Of a stretch of DNA of 64,000 nt, positions 10,412 to 22,400 are shown in pieces (the stretch's first letter is position 1; every line of letters begins with the position of its first letter). Below the pieces are notes generated by a model that did not search any database, was not told the DNA's origin, and saw only the letters and a list, made by a program, of their open reading frames with translations. Location: positions 12,890,387 to 12,954,386 of the forward strand of contig CAJINV010000002.1 of NCBI GenBank assembly GCA_905178155.1, written 5' to 3'. This DNA is from Amoebophrya sp. A120 (taxonomy: Eukaryota; Protista; Dinoflagellata). Both the position numbers and the translations under genes were made by a program.

Positions 10412-13400
10412 TATCACAGTGAAAAATGCCCCCCACCCCTGAAATTGCAAGAATTTGTGATGCGAAGTTTCCAAATGAAAGCTTTGTTTTTGTCATGCAT
10501 GAAAGGAGTACGAATCTTTCTGATGCAGATTCTAGTCGTGTTTCGCATCGCTTGCATGACAAGCACCGCTCTTGCTGGGATCTATTGCAATACAAATTTT
10601 TGCTATTCACGATAAGAAATCTGTGATGCTGATACCCCACTTGGGTCTGTGCAACATCGTATTTTTTCCTTAGCGGCTGGTGCTGGACGATAAGGCGAGT
10701 TGCCAAGTAGCGGTGAGCATGCACCCACGGTGCGCTACTTGTGGACCACAACTCGTTTTATGTGAGCACCCCTTCCTGACCCCCAGGCGTTTCTTTTTAC
10801 CATTGGTCTGGTAATCCTGTTCTCGGTCTGTTGGGGACCCCGTGTGGCTGTAGTCCGCTCTCCCATGCCGCTTGCCGTAGGTTCGTATCGTTCGTCTGTT
10901 AGGTCGTATTTACGTGGAACTTCGTGCGATTGCTCTCGGCCCTGTATTTCTTTTCTCTAGCCTCATACTTATCTTTTCGATTACTTATTTCCTTCTCTCT
11001 GATATTTTGCTTGTTGTTTTCTGTGTACTTACGTAAAGTTTTATTGGTTTACGTAACCGGGGGGCGGCTTGATGTCTGCGGCGGATGATGACAGTGTGCA
11101 CATTCCTACAAATACATGGCTGCCGGGGTGCTTCCCGGTTGGTCTAGTGTCGAAAATTCATTTTGGCACTGATCCGCTAAACACCTTGCTGCCAACCCCG
11201 CCCGCTCGGGGAGTAATTATCTCTAGACAGGGCACCATCTGCGGTTGTCCTTTAGGGCGTTCGAGTCTAGATAGTGACTACCATGCGTAAATCTTCAATT
11301 TTGCGTGGGCTCCTGGTGGCTGCTTCCACCGTCGGGGAGTATAAACACACTAAACATAAGCCATTGACCACTGGGTCGCCGTGGTGCCGTGCCTGCATGC
11401 ACCATCAGAAGTGCAACGAGGTGCCAATCGTGTTTCCACATGTGCCATCAGAAGTGCATCGATTCGCGAGGGTCGTGAATGAATGAATGAATACTTTTTA
11501 TTGGTTTTAGTAGGGCATGATGCCAAAAGGGACGAACAGCCCGTAGACCTCCGATGTGATGCTGATACACGCAAGAGGGCGAATGTTTCTGTTGGAAAGG
11601 TTTGCAATACAAATGCTCCCAAGTTCGGGGGTGGGGGCGTTTTTCATTGTGATACAGCTACTCGATCCGCAGCTTCTCGCGGTTTGGGTCCAGTATGAGC
11701 GTCTACGGAATCTCGAGGCTGGGCTCCACGCTGTCCGTGCTGGACGGCGTCTTCTTCGGAAGTTCGCTGTCTCTGCGCGGGTTCGTGCGCATCGGTAGCT
11801 CCACGAGTCTATACGGGATCGGAAGGATAGGCAGCGCGATAAGCGTCCTGGATCGGCTGTACTTCGGCTCCGCAGTGTCCATCCGGAACTACGCGCGACT
11901 CGGATCCACCATGTCCATCTACGGCCTGGCGCGCATCGGCTCGGCCATGAGCGTGCTGGATTTCACGTCGATGGGCAGTAGCTTGTCACTGCGGTCGATC
12001 TGCCGGCTGGGCAGCAGCATCTCCGTGTTCGGGCTAACCCGGTTGGCGTCGACGATCTCCATTCTGGACGCCAGCAGCTTTGGCTCGTCGCTGTCTCTGC
12101 GATCTTTCCTGAGGCTTGCGTCGAACTTTAGCGTGTACGGAATGGGATATCTCGGAAGTTGCATGTCGACCATCGACTACTGCCACCTGGGATCGTCCAT
12201 GTCGCTGCGGGGGTTTAGCAGAATCGCCGGCTCGAGCTCGGTGTACGGCATGGGGCGCGTCGGGTTGTCGATGTCCATCCTGGACACCGTCGGTGCCGGC
12301 TCCATGCTGTCGCTCCGCAACTTCGCCCGGTACAGCAGCACCCTCAGTCTGTACGGATTCACCAAGCTAGGCTCGTCTCTTTCCGTCCTGGACTACGTGA
12401 AGTGCGGGAGTACGTTGTCCTTGCGCAACTTCCTGAGAACCGGTAGCTCGATGTCCGTCTACGGTGCGTTCCTGCTCAGCTCTTCGCTTTCCGTGCTGGA
12501 CTACGTCACGCTCAGCTCGTCGCTGACCATCCGCGGTTTCGGCCGCTTTGGCGACAGGCTTAGCGTGTACGGCATGACGAAGTTGGGTAGTTCGCTCTCC
12601 ATTTGGGACTGCATGCTGGCCGGAAGCAGTCTGAGTCTGCGCAGCTACAGCCGATTAGGATCGGTGCTGAGTCTCTACAGCTGCGGCCGGTTGGGATCCT
12701 TCATGTCGGTTTTGGATTTTGTCCACATCGGCTCCTCGCTGTCAGTCCGCTCGTTCACGCGACTGGGCTACGAAATCGCGGATTTCGCCGAGGAATTCGA
12801 GGAGTACGAAATGGTGGAGGAGGACATCTTAAACAGCCTGTACGGCAACGGAACGGACATGAACAGCACGAACTCGACGGACGACAACTCGACCAACTAC
12901 GTGAACCAGTCGAGCTCCTACATCGTGGTGAATCGCGACCGAAGGAAGATGAGCCGCACCTTCAGCCTGTACGGGGTGAGTAGATTAGGCTCCTCCCTCA
13001 GTCTGCTCGACTTCGTCTCGCTCTCGTCCAGCAGCAGTTTGCGATCTTTAGTTCGCATGGGAAGCGCGTTGTCGATCTACGGCATCACACGAATCGCGAG
13101 CAGCTTCTCCATGTTGGACTTCATCGCACTGGGGTCGAATTTGTCCTGCAGGGGGTACATGAGGTTATATCCAACAAAAAAACTGTGTTAGTGTAACTAT
13201 CTTTGGCTGGCAGCTTCACAAATTTGCTCTACATGACAGAGAAAATCTGTCATGCATGGTTTGTAAGGGAAAACACACATGAAAAGAGGACTTCATGGGT
13301 GTCTGGCATGACAGGTGTAACTCTGTTGCATGTTCTGCATTACAGAGTTACACTTACACAGTTTTTTTCTTGGATAGGTCAGGCTCCAGCTGCAGTGTGT

Positions 13401-16400
13401 ACGGGATGACGCGGTTCGGAAGTTTATCCTGTGTAAAAACGTCCCCACCCCAGAGTTGTCATGCAAATCTGCATGCCAAAAAAGTTTCTCATGTGGAGCC
13501 CCATGAGAAGCATTTTCTAGTCGTGTTTTGGAATTTGTGATGCTATAATCAGCATGATATGCTAGATCTGTGATGCTTCTGAACTACCTCGACAGGATTG
13601 CACTACGAGGACAAACTTGTCATGCGAAACAACCAAAGCTGGCTAATTTGTCTAGCAGATTCCCCATCTTGACTCTGCTGTGGGGACGTTTTTACACAGG
13701 ATAAAGTTCGTGCAGTCTGCTGGACACCATCGGCCTGTCGAGTTCTCTCTCCCTGCGGTACTTTTCGCGGTTGGGGAGCAGCGTCTCGATTTTCGGGCTT
13801 CTGAGGATGGCGAGCTCCATGTCCTTGCTGGACTTCTGCTCGATGGGAAGCGCTTTATCCCTGCGGTCCTACGCGCGGCTGGGAAGTTCCATGTCGGTGT
13901 ACGGGATCACGTTCTTCGGGTCTTCTGCATCTTTATTGGACTTTTTCAGCTTGGGTTCGTCCGTGTCACTGCGAAACCTCGGTCGCCTTGCCTCGGGCTG
14001 CAGCGTCTATGGCATAAGTAGACTCGGATCCGTGATGAGCATTCTGGACGGGTTGTCGCTCGGCAGCTCGCTTTCTGTGCGCGGCTTCACGCGGATGGGA
14101 ATCGCACTGTCGATCTATGGGATGAGCCGACTGGGCAGCGTGATGAGCGTGAACGAGTACGCGTTCTTCGGCAGTTCGTTTTCATTACGCAGCTACAGCC
14201 GGCTCGGTTCCGGCGTCTCCGTCTACGGTTTCGCCAGGCTGGGGAGCAACATGTCCGTTTTGGATTGGGTGCACGCGAGCTCGACGCTGTCACTGCGCAG
14301 CTTCAACCGGTTCGGCTCCAGCATGAGCGTGTTCGGGCTGGCCCGGTTCGGATCCAGCCTGTCGCTGCTGGACAACTTCCAGCTCGGCAGCTCGCTGTCG
14401 GTCCGGACGTTCGCCCGGTTCGGAAGTTCGCTGTCCGTGTATGGAGTGTCAAAATTTGGGTCCAGTTTATCAACGCTCGACTTCTTCAACATGGGGATCC
14501 AGATGAGCGTGAGGAACCTGGTGCGGTCCGGTTGCGCGTCCAGCAGTCTGTTCGGAATTTGCCGCATGGGGAGCTTCATGTCGATTTTGGACTTCATGAG
14601 CATAGGATCCTCCCTTTCCGTGCGCTACATGCTCAGGTTCGGCACGAGCCTGTCCGTCTACGGCATGACCCGGTTTGGCTCCTGCATGTCCGCGTTGGAC
14701 TACATGCACCTGGGAAGCTCCTTCTCGACGAGAAGTTTTGTCCGACTGGGCTCCGTATGAAATGCAAAAGGTCTGGGTCTGGATGAGCGGCACACAACTG
14801 CGTTTTTACAAAATGTTTTGGAAATATTTTGAAAATATTGTGAAAATATTCCGAAAATATTTTGAAAATAGAAAAAATATTTTGAAAATATTTCCAACAT
14901 ATTTTGAACATACTTCGAAAATATTTTGAACATATTTTGAAAATATTTTGGCAATATTTTGAAAATAGTTTTCCATGATGTGGATGTTCGAAAGGAAAGT
15001 GAGTGCCTTGCGCCGCTCATCCAGACCCAGGCATATTTGCATTGGATACTCCGCGATGTCGTTGTACAAAACGATGGAAATCGGTAGGAACTTCTCGGTC
15101 CTGGACTACACCCATCTCGGCTCGGCCTTCAGTATTCGGTCCTGCGCGAGACTAGGGTCGGCGCTCTCGGTCTACGGCATGACAAGACTAGGCACGGCGA
15201 TGTCGACACTGGATTACTGCTGCCTCGGCTCCTCAATGAGCTTGCGCGCACTCGTCCGCCTGGGATCCGCGATGAGCATCTATGGCATGGCGAGACTAGG
15301 CAGCGGAATGTCGGTCTTGGACCAGCTGTCCATCGGGTCGAGTTTGTCGCTCCGGACCTTCCTCCGACTGGGTAGTGGTGGCGGATTTTCCGTGTACGGG
15401 ATGGCCCGCTTCGGCAGTGCGTTGTCGATGCTGTGCTGCACCTACATCGGAAGTTCCATTTCCGTCAGGAATTTCGCCAGAGCGGGCGGGATCGTTTCCT
15501 CCGTGTATGGGATCACGCGCCTGGGCAGCTGCATGTCGATTTTGGATTTCGCTTGCCACGGATCAACCTTGTCCTTTCGCGGATTCAGCCGACTCGGAAG
15601 CAGCTTGTCGGTCTTCGGAGTCAGCACCTTGGGGAGCAGCATGTCGTTGTTGGATCTGGCGCACATCGGGTCCTCTTTGTCGCTGCGGGGGTACAAGAGG
15701 ATAGGCAGCTCGTGTTCCATGTTTGGGCTGACCTATCTCGGCTCGCAGGTGTCCATGTTAGACATGTTCCAGCTCGGGTCCAGCCTGTCGATCCGCGGGT
15801 TTCTGCGGTGCGGCAGCAGCATCTCTGTCTACGGAATTGCGCGCTTCGGCAGTATGCTGTCTGTTTTGGACATGAGCATTATGAGCTCCTCGATGTCGGT
15901 GCGGAACATTAGCCGCCTCGGGTCCGGTTGCAGTGTGTACGGTTTGGCAAAGCTCGGCAGCTGCCTTTCCGTGTTGGATTGGCTGAGCATAGGTTCCAGC
16001 TTGTCCATGCGGTCCTTCGCCCGCATGGGAAGCGCGATGTCCGTGCACAAGGGCGTGGTGATGCGCGCGCCGGACAGAACGCACCTGGTCAGCGTCTACG
16101 GGATGGTGTTCATGGGTTCATCCATGAGCATGCGCAGCTACACCAGACTCGGCTCGTCCATCTCGATCTTCGGGATTGTGCGCCTGGGGTCCGCGCAGTC
16201 GGTGCTGGACGCGGTGGCGATCGGTTCCTCCCTGTCAGTCCGGTCCTTCTCCCGCCTGGGCTCATCGCTGTCCATCTTCGGATGCGGACATTTGGGGTCA
16301 GGAATCTCGATGCTCGACTTCGCACACCTAGGTTCCGCACTCTCCATCCGGGACTACGTGCGCGCGTTCGCCACCTCCGCCTACAGCTACGTGAAGCTGG

Positions 16401-19400
16401 CGTCGAGTTTGTCACTGCGCGGCCACGCGAGGATCGGAGTGACGCTGAGTCTGTTCAGCCAGTGCCAGCAGGGAAAAGCCATGTCGCTACTCGGGTGCAG
16501 TAACCTCGGTTCCAGCTTGAGTTTGCGGACGTTTTCCCGGATCGGATCCACTTTCTCCATCTACGGGCTGGCAAGATGTGGGAGTGCAATTTCCATGCTG
16601 GATTTCACGGTCGTGAGCAGCAGCGTGTCTTTGAGGACGTTTGCGCGGTACGGCTCGACGATTTCTGTCTACGGGTTCAGTCGACTCTCGTCCAGTCTGT
16701 CCTTGCTCGACATTGCGCAGTTGAACATCGGAATTTCGCTGCGAAGCGTGACGAGGTTCGGCTCCAGCTTGTCCGCCTACGGTATGACGCGGTTCGGTTC
16801 GGGGGTCAGTCTTTTGGACCTGATCCACATCGGAAGCGCGTTCTCCGTTCGCGGCCTCGTCCGACTGGGAAGTTCGATGTCGCTGTATGGGCTGAACCGC
16901 ATGAAATCCAGCTTCTCGATCGTGGACTTCGTCAGGATAGGCTCCAGTTGCAGCATGCGCGCCCTCGCGCGCCTCGGCTCCGCGCTTTCCGTGTTCGGCA
17001 TCTCGAGATTGGGATCGGCGATCTCTGTGCTCGACTTCGCGTCGATCGGCAGCTCGTTCAGCATGCGGAGTTTCGGGCGATTCGGCTCCAGTTTGAGTCT
17101 GTACGGCTGCGCGCAGATCCAGCACAGCATGTCCGCCCTGGATTACATGCACCTCGGGTCGGCGCTGTCCGTCCGGAGCTTCATGCGCATCGGGTCCACG
17201 ACGAGCATCTACAGCACGGTGCGTTTTGGCTCCGCGGTGTCCCAGCTGGACTTTATCACGCTGGGTTCTGCTTACAGTCTGCGCAGCTTCGCGATCTTGA
17301 TGACCAACATGAGCGTCTATGGCCTGTCGAAGATGGGATCGTCGCTTTCCGCGCTCGACATGCTGTCGCTGGGGTCCGCCTTGAGTCTCAGGTCGTTGTC
17401 CCGGTTCGGCGTCGGTATTTCGGTGTACGGGATTTCGCGGCTGTCGTCCTCGTTCAGTTTGATGGACTGCCTCAACCTGGGTTCGACGTTCTCCGTCCGA
17501 GCGCTCTCGCGCATGGGCGTAGACCTGTCGTGCTACGGGGTCCAGACGCTCGGTTCCAGCTTGTCCCTGCTTGACTACATGTCCTTGGGGTCGACGCTTT
17601 CCTGTCGCTTCCTCGCGAGGTCGGGATCAAGTGTGTCCATCTACGGATTTGCGAAACTGGGATCTAGTATGTCCATCCTGGATTACGTGCAGGTTGGTTC
17701 CAGTCTGTCCTGCCGCGTGTTGGGCAGAATGGGATCTGCCCTGTCCGTGTTCGGGTTGATGCGGCTGGGGAGCAGTTTCTCCGTGCTCGACTCTGTCAGT
17801 CTGGGCAGCGCGTTCTCAGTGCGGTCCTTCAGCCGGTTGGGTAGCAGTATGAGTGTGTTCGGCATTTCAAGATCCGCGTCCAGCCTTTCCATCCTGGATT
17901 TCACGCTGATCGGGTCGATGGCCAGTTTGCGCAGCTTCGCCCGCTTAGGCTCGACGCTCTCCGTCTACGGGTGCAGCAAGATCGGCTCTGCGTTCTCCAT
18001 CCTCGACACCCTGCAGCTCGGCTCGAACCTGAGCACGCGGAGTTTCGCCCGAATGGGATCGTCCTTGAGCTTATACGGGATTGGCACCACGGGCGCACTG
18101 CTATCTGTGCTCGACTACATCTCATGCGGCAGCGCCACCTCGCTGCGAAGCTTCGCCATGTTCGGCAGCTCTTGCAGTCTGTACGGGACCGCGAGACTAG
18201 GGATCCAGACCAGCGTGCTGGACTTCACCGGGATGAATTCCGCATTGTCGATCCGGTCGTATTGCCGGTTCGGCTCCAGCATGTCGCTGTACGGATTTGG
18301 CCGTCTGGGATCCAGTCTGTCGATTCTCGACCTGTTTCACGTCCGCTCGAGTCTCTCGCTTCGTTCCTTCGCCCGCCTCGGATCCAGTCTGAGCTTGTAC
18401 GGGTGCAGTTACTGCGGAAGCACGCTGTCCATCCTCGACTGCTTCAATCTAGGGAGCAGTTTATCCCTCCGGAATTTCTGCCGCCTGGGATCGAGCATCT
18501 CCCTCTACGGAGTGAGCGGGCTGGGTTCCGGCATGTCGTGCCTGGACCTCTGCTTCCTAGGATCATCGCTCTCTTTAAGGACGTTCTCGCGGTTCCCCGC
18601 GAGGATGGAGCTGTTCGGGGTGAACCGACTGGGATCGGCCGTCTCCGTACTCAGCTTTCTCTCGCTCGGCTCGACCTTCTCCGTCAGAAGCATGATGCGC
18701 CTCGGTAGTGGGCTCTCCATCTACGGGACGCAGTACCTCGGCTCTAGCGCCTCGGTCCTCGACTGCATGTCTCTGGGCAGTACCATGTCGGTGCGCTCAC
18801 TATTCCGGATGGGCAGCTCCATGTCGCTGTTCGGGCTGCTGCGGCTCGGCTCCAGCTTGTCGCTGGTAGACACGATCATGTGCGCGAGCAGCATCAGCTT
18901 GCGAACGCTCTCCAGGTTGGGTAGCTCGTTCAGTATCTTCGGGCTGGTGTCTTTAGGTTCCAGCTTGTCGATTCTGGATTCGGTCTACTTTTCCAGCACT
19001 CTGTCAGTGCGTGGTCTCAGCCGACTTGGAAGCAGCATGAGCGTTTATGGAATCAGCCGCGTGGCCTCCTCCTGCAGCCTGCTCGACGCGTTTTCCCTCG
19101 GCTCTGCGCTGTCCTGCCGCACGTTCGCACGCATGGGGTCCGCCAACAGTCTCTACGGCTACGGAAGACTGAGTTCCGCCTGCAGCGTTTTGGACTTCGT
19201 GAACGTCGGGTCGTCTCTGTCTTGCCGCACACTGGCCAGGCTGTCGTCTTCCATTTCCTTGTACGGGATCGGGAAATTCGGCGGGGCTTTGTCCATTCTG
19301 GACACGGTTTCTCTTGGGTCGACGATGTCTATGCGCAGCATCAGCCGCATCGGCTCCGCGGTAAGTGTCTACGGGCTCGCGACCCTCGGCGGCGGATTGT

Positions 19401-22400
19401 CGATCCTCGACCAGATGTCGCTCGGCAGTAGCCTTTCGGTCCGCGGGTGCAACCGACTCGGGAGCGCTTTGTCCGTCTACGGGATGAGCAGATTAGGCTC
19501 CAGTTTGTCCATGATTGACTACTTCATCATGGGCATGAGCTGCTCGCTGCGGAATTTCCTGCGCGCGTCCGACGCCTGCTCAGTGTACGGTATGTACCGC
19601 ATGGGATCGCAGATGTCGACGCTGGACTGCATGTACCTCGGTTCTATGCTGTCCATCCGCAACTGCAGCCGGCTGGGTTCCGCATTGTCGTGCTACGGGA
19701 TCGCACGGTTAGGGTCCGGCTTGTCAGCCTTCGACTACTACCACCTGGGGTCGATGCTGTCGCTTCGGTCGTTCCTGCGGATCGGGTCCAGTTTGTCGAT
19801 CAACACACTGCACGAGCACTACAACAGCTTCGACTCCGCGTGCCACATTTGCGGCGCGGCGCGCGTGATGAGCAGTTTGTCGGTGCGGTCCTTCGTGCGG
19901 CTCGGGTCCAGTATGAGTTGCTACGGGACGGCGCGGTTGGGCAGTGCGATGTCGATTTTGGATTTCATCGCCATGTCCAGCTCGATTTCCGTCCGGAACG
20001 CGGGCAGGTTAGGCAGTTCCATGTCGGTGTACGGCGTGACGCGACTGAGTTCTTCATGCTCCGTGCTCGACCAGGTCCAGATTGGGAGTTCCCTGTCGCT
20101 CCGCGCTTTCCTGCGCATGGGCAGCTCGCTTTCCGTGTACGGTTTCACGAAGATCGGGAACGGGGGTTGCAGCATGCTGGACATGCTTTCCATCGGATCC
20201 AGTTTGTCGCTTCGCGGCTACGCGCGGTGCGGAAGTTCGCTGTCCATTTACGGGCTGAGTTTCTTGAGCAGTTCCATGTCGGTCCTCGGCATGGTGACTG
20301 TTGGAAGTTCTCTGTCCCTCCGCAACTTCGCGCGCCTGGGAAGCAGTCAATCACTCTACGGAATCTGCCGCTTCAGCTCCAGCATGTCAGTGTTGGATAC
20401 GAACCTGTTTGGCTCGGGGATTTCCCTGCGGTCCTTCGCAAGGCTAGGGTCCGCGGCGTCCCTCTACGGGGTCAGCAGATTCGGCGGCAGTATGTCGGTC
20501 CTCGACTTCTTCACCGCCGGGTCGTCGCTCTCCCTGCGCAGTTACGCCCGCGTGGGCTCGCAATTGTCGGTGGTCAAGATCTTCAAAAACAGCGGGAACA
20601 ACAGCGTGATGGACTACGTCTTCATGGGTTCCACGTGTTCCGTTCGCGGATTCGCGAGACTAGGTGTTACCACATCGGTCTATGGCATGTTCCGGTGCGG
20701 CAGCAGATTTTCGATCATCGATTATCTGCAAGCGGGATCGGCATTGTCTCTGCGAAGCTTTTACCAGGGGGGATCCGCTTTGTCGATCTACAACCTGGTC
20801 AGGTTCGGAAGCCGCTGCTCCGTTTTGGACTTCTTCAATCTCGCCGCCGCGCACAGCACCCGCAGGTTTGGCCGGTGCGGAAGCTCGTTGAGCATCTACG
20901 GGATGTTTCGCATCGGCAGCTCGCTCTCGACGCTCGACTGCTTCCACATGGGCAGCACGTTGTCCGTGCGCAACTATGCGAGGTTGGGATCCGCGCTGAG
21001 CATTTTTGGAATGACCAGGCTGGGATCGCAGCTTTCCGTACTTGACGCGATCTCCTTCGGCTCCTCCATGTCGTTGCGGAACTTCCTGCGACTGGGCTCC
21101 AGCTTGAGTGTGTATGGCATCTCGCGCATGAGCAGCTGCTGCTCCTTGCTGGATGCGATCAGCATCGGCTCGGGCATGTCGATTCGGCACTTCGGGCGCC
21201 TCGGGAGCAGCTTGTCTGTCTACGGAGCGGCACGGTTTGGATCTGGACTCTCTCTGCTGGACGCATTTGCCCTCGGCTCGAGTTTGTCCTGCCGCACGTT
21301 TTTGCGTGTGGGCTCCGCATTCTCGGTGTACGGAATGTCGAGACTGGGTTCGCAGCTGTCCGTGCTGGATCAGGTGCAGATGGGAAGCTCCATGAGCGTG
21401 CGAACCTTCGTTCGGATCGGGTACGAGACCAGCATCTATGGCATGTCTCGCATGATGTCACAAATGAGCGTGTTGGATTTCGTGCAAGTCGGGTCGGGCA
21501 TGAGTTTGCGACAGTGCGCCCGCTTGGGATCCGCAACCTCCGTGTACGGGCTGTCTCGGTTCGGCAGCTGCCTGAGCATTCTGGACTCGATCAGTTTGTC
21601 GAGCAGCTTCTCCGCCCGAACGTTTTGCCGCTTGGGAAGTGCACTCAGCGTCTATGGCACCAGCAGGATGGGAAGCTGTTTGAGTCTGCTCGACTTTCTG
21701 CAGCTCGGAAGCGGCCTTTCCGTGCGAAACTTTGCCAGACTCGGGTCCAGCTGCAGCCTGTTTGGCATCTGCAGAATGAGCAGTTGCCTCTCTGTGCTGG
21801 ATTTCATGAACATGGGAAGCGGATTGTCGGCGCGAAACTTCGCAAGACTCGGCAGCTCCATGAGCGCGTACGGCATTTCTCGCATGGGATCCTGTCTCTC
21901 CATGCTGGACTTTCTGCACATGGGGTCGAGCATGAGTGTGCGAGCGTGGGCAAGGCTCGGATCGAGCTGCAGCTTGTTCGGGATGGCGAGGCTTGGCAGC
22001 TACATGTCAGTCTTGGACTTCATCACCTTCGGTTCCACGATGTCGCTGCGGTGCGCCTGCAGGCTGGGTTCCGCGATGTCCGTCTACGGCGTGGCAAGAC
22101 TCGGGTCGTCCTTGTCCCACCTGGATTTCTTCCACCTGGGTAGCGGCATGAGTCTGCGAAACTTTGCGCGACTCGGATCATCGCTGTCACTGTACGGCAT
22201 GGCGATTGGCGGGTCGGCCATGAGCTTGCTGGATTTCCTGCACATCGGAAGCTCGCTGAGTATCCGACAGCTCGGAAGATTAGGAAGCTCGCTTTCGATC
22301 TTCGGGATCACGCACATCGGATCGCAGTGCAGCTTACTGGACTTCATGAACATCGGGAGCTGCATGAGTGTACGCACGCTCGCACGACTCGGATCTGGGT

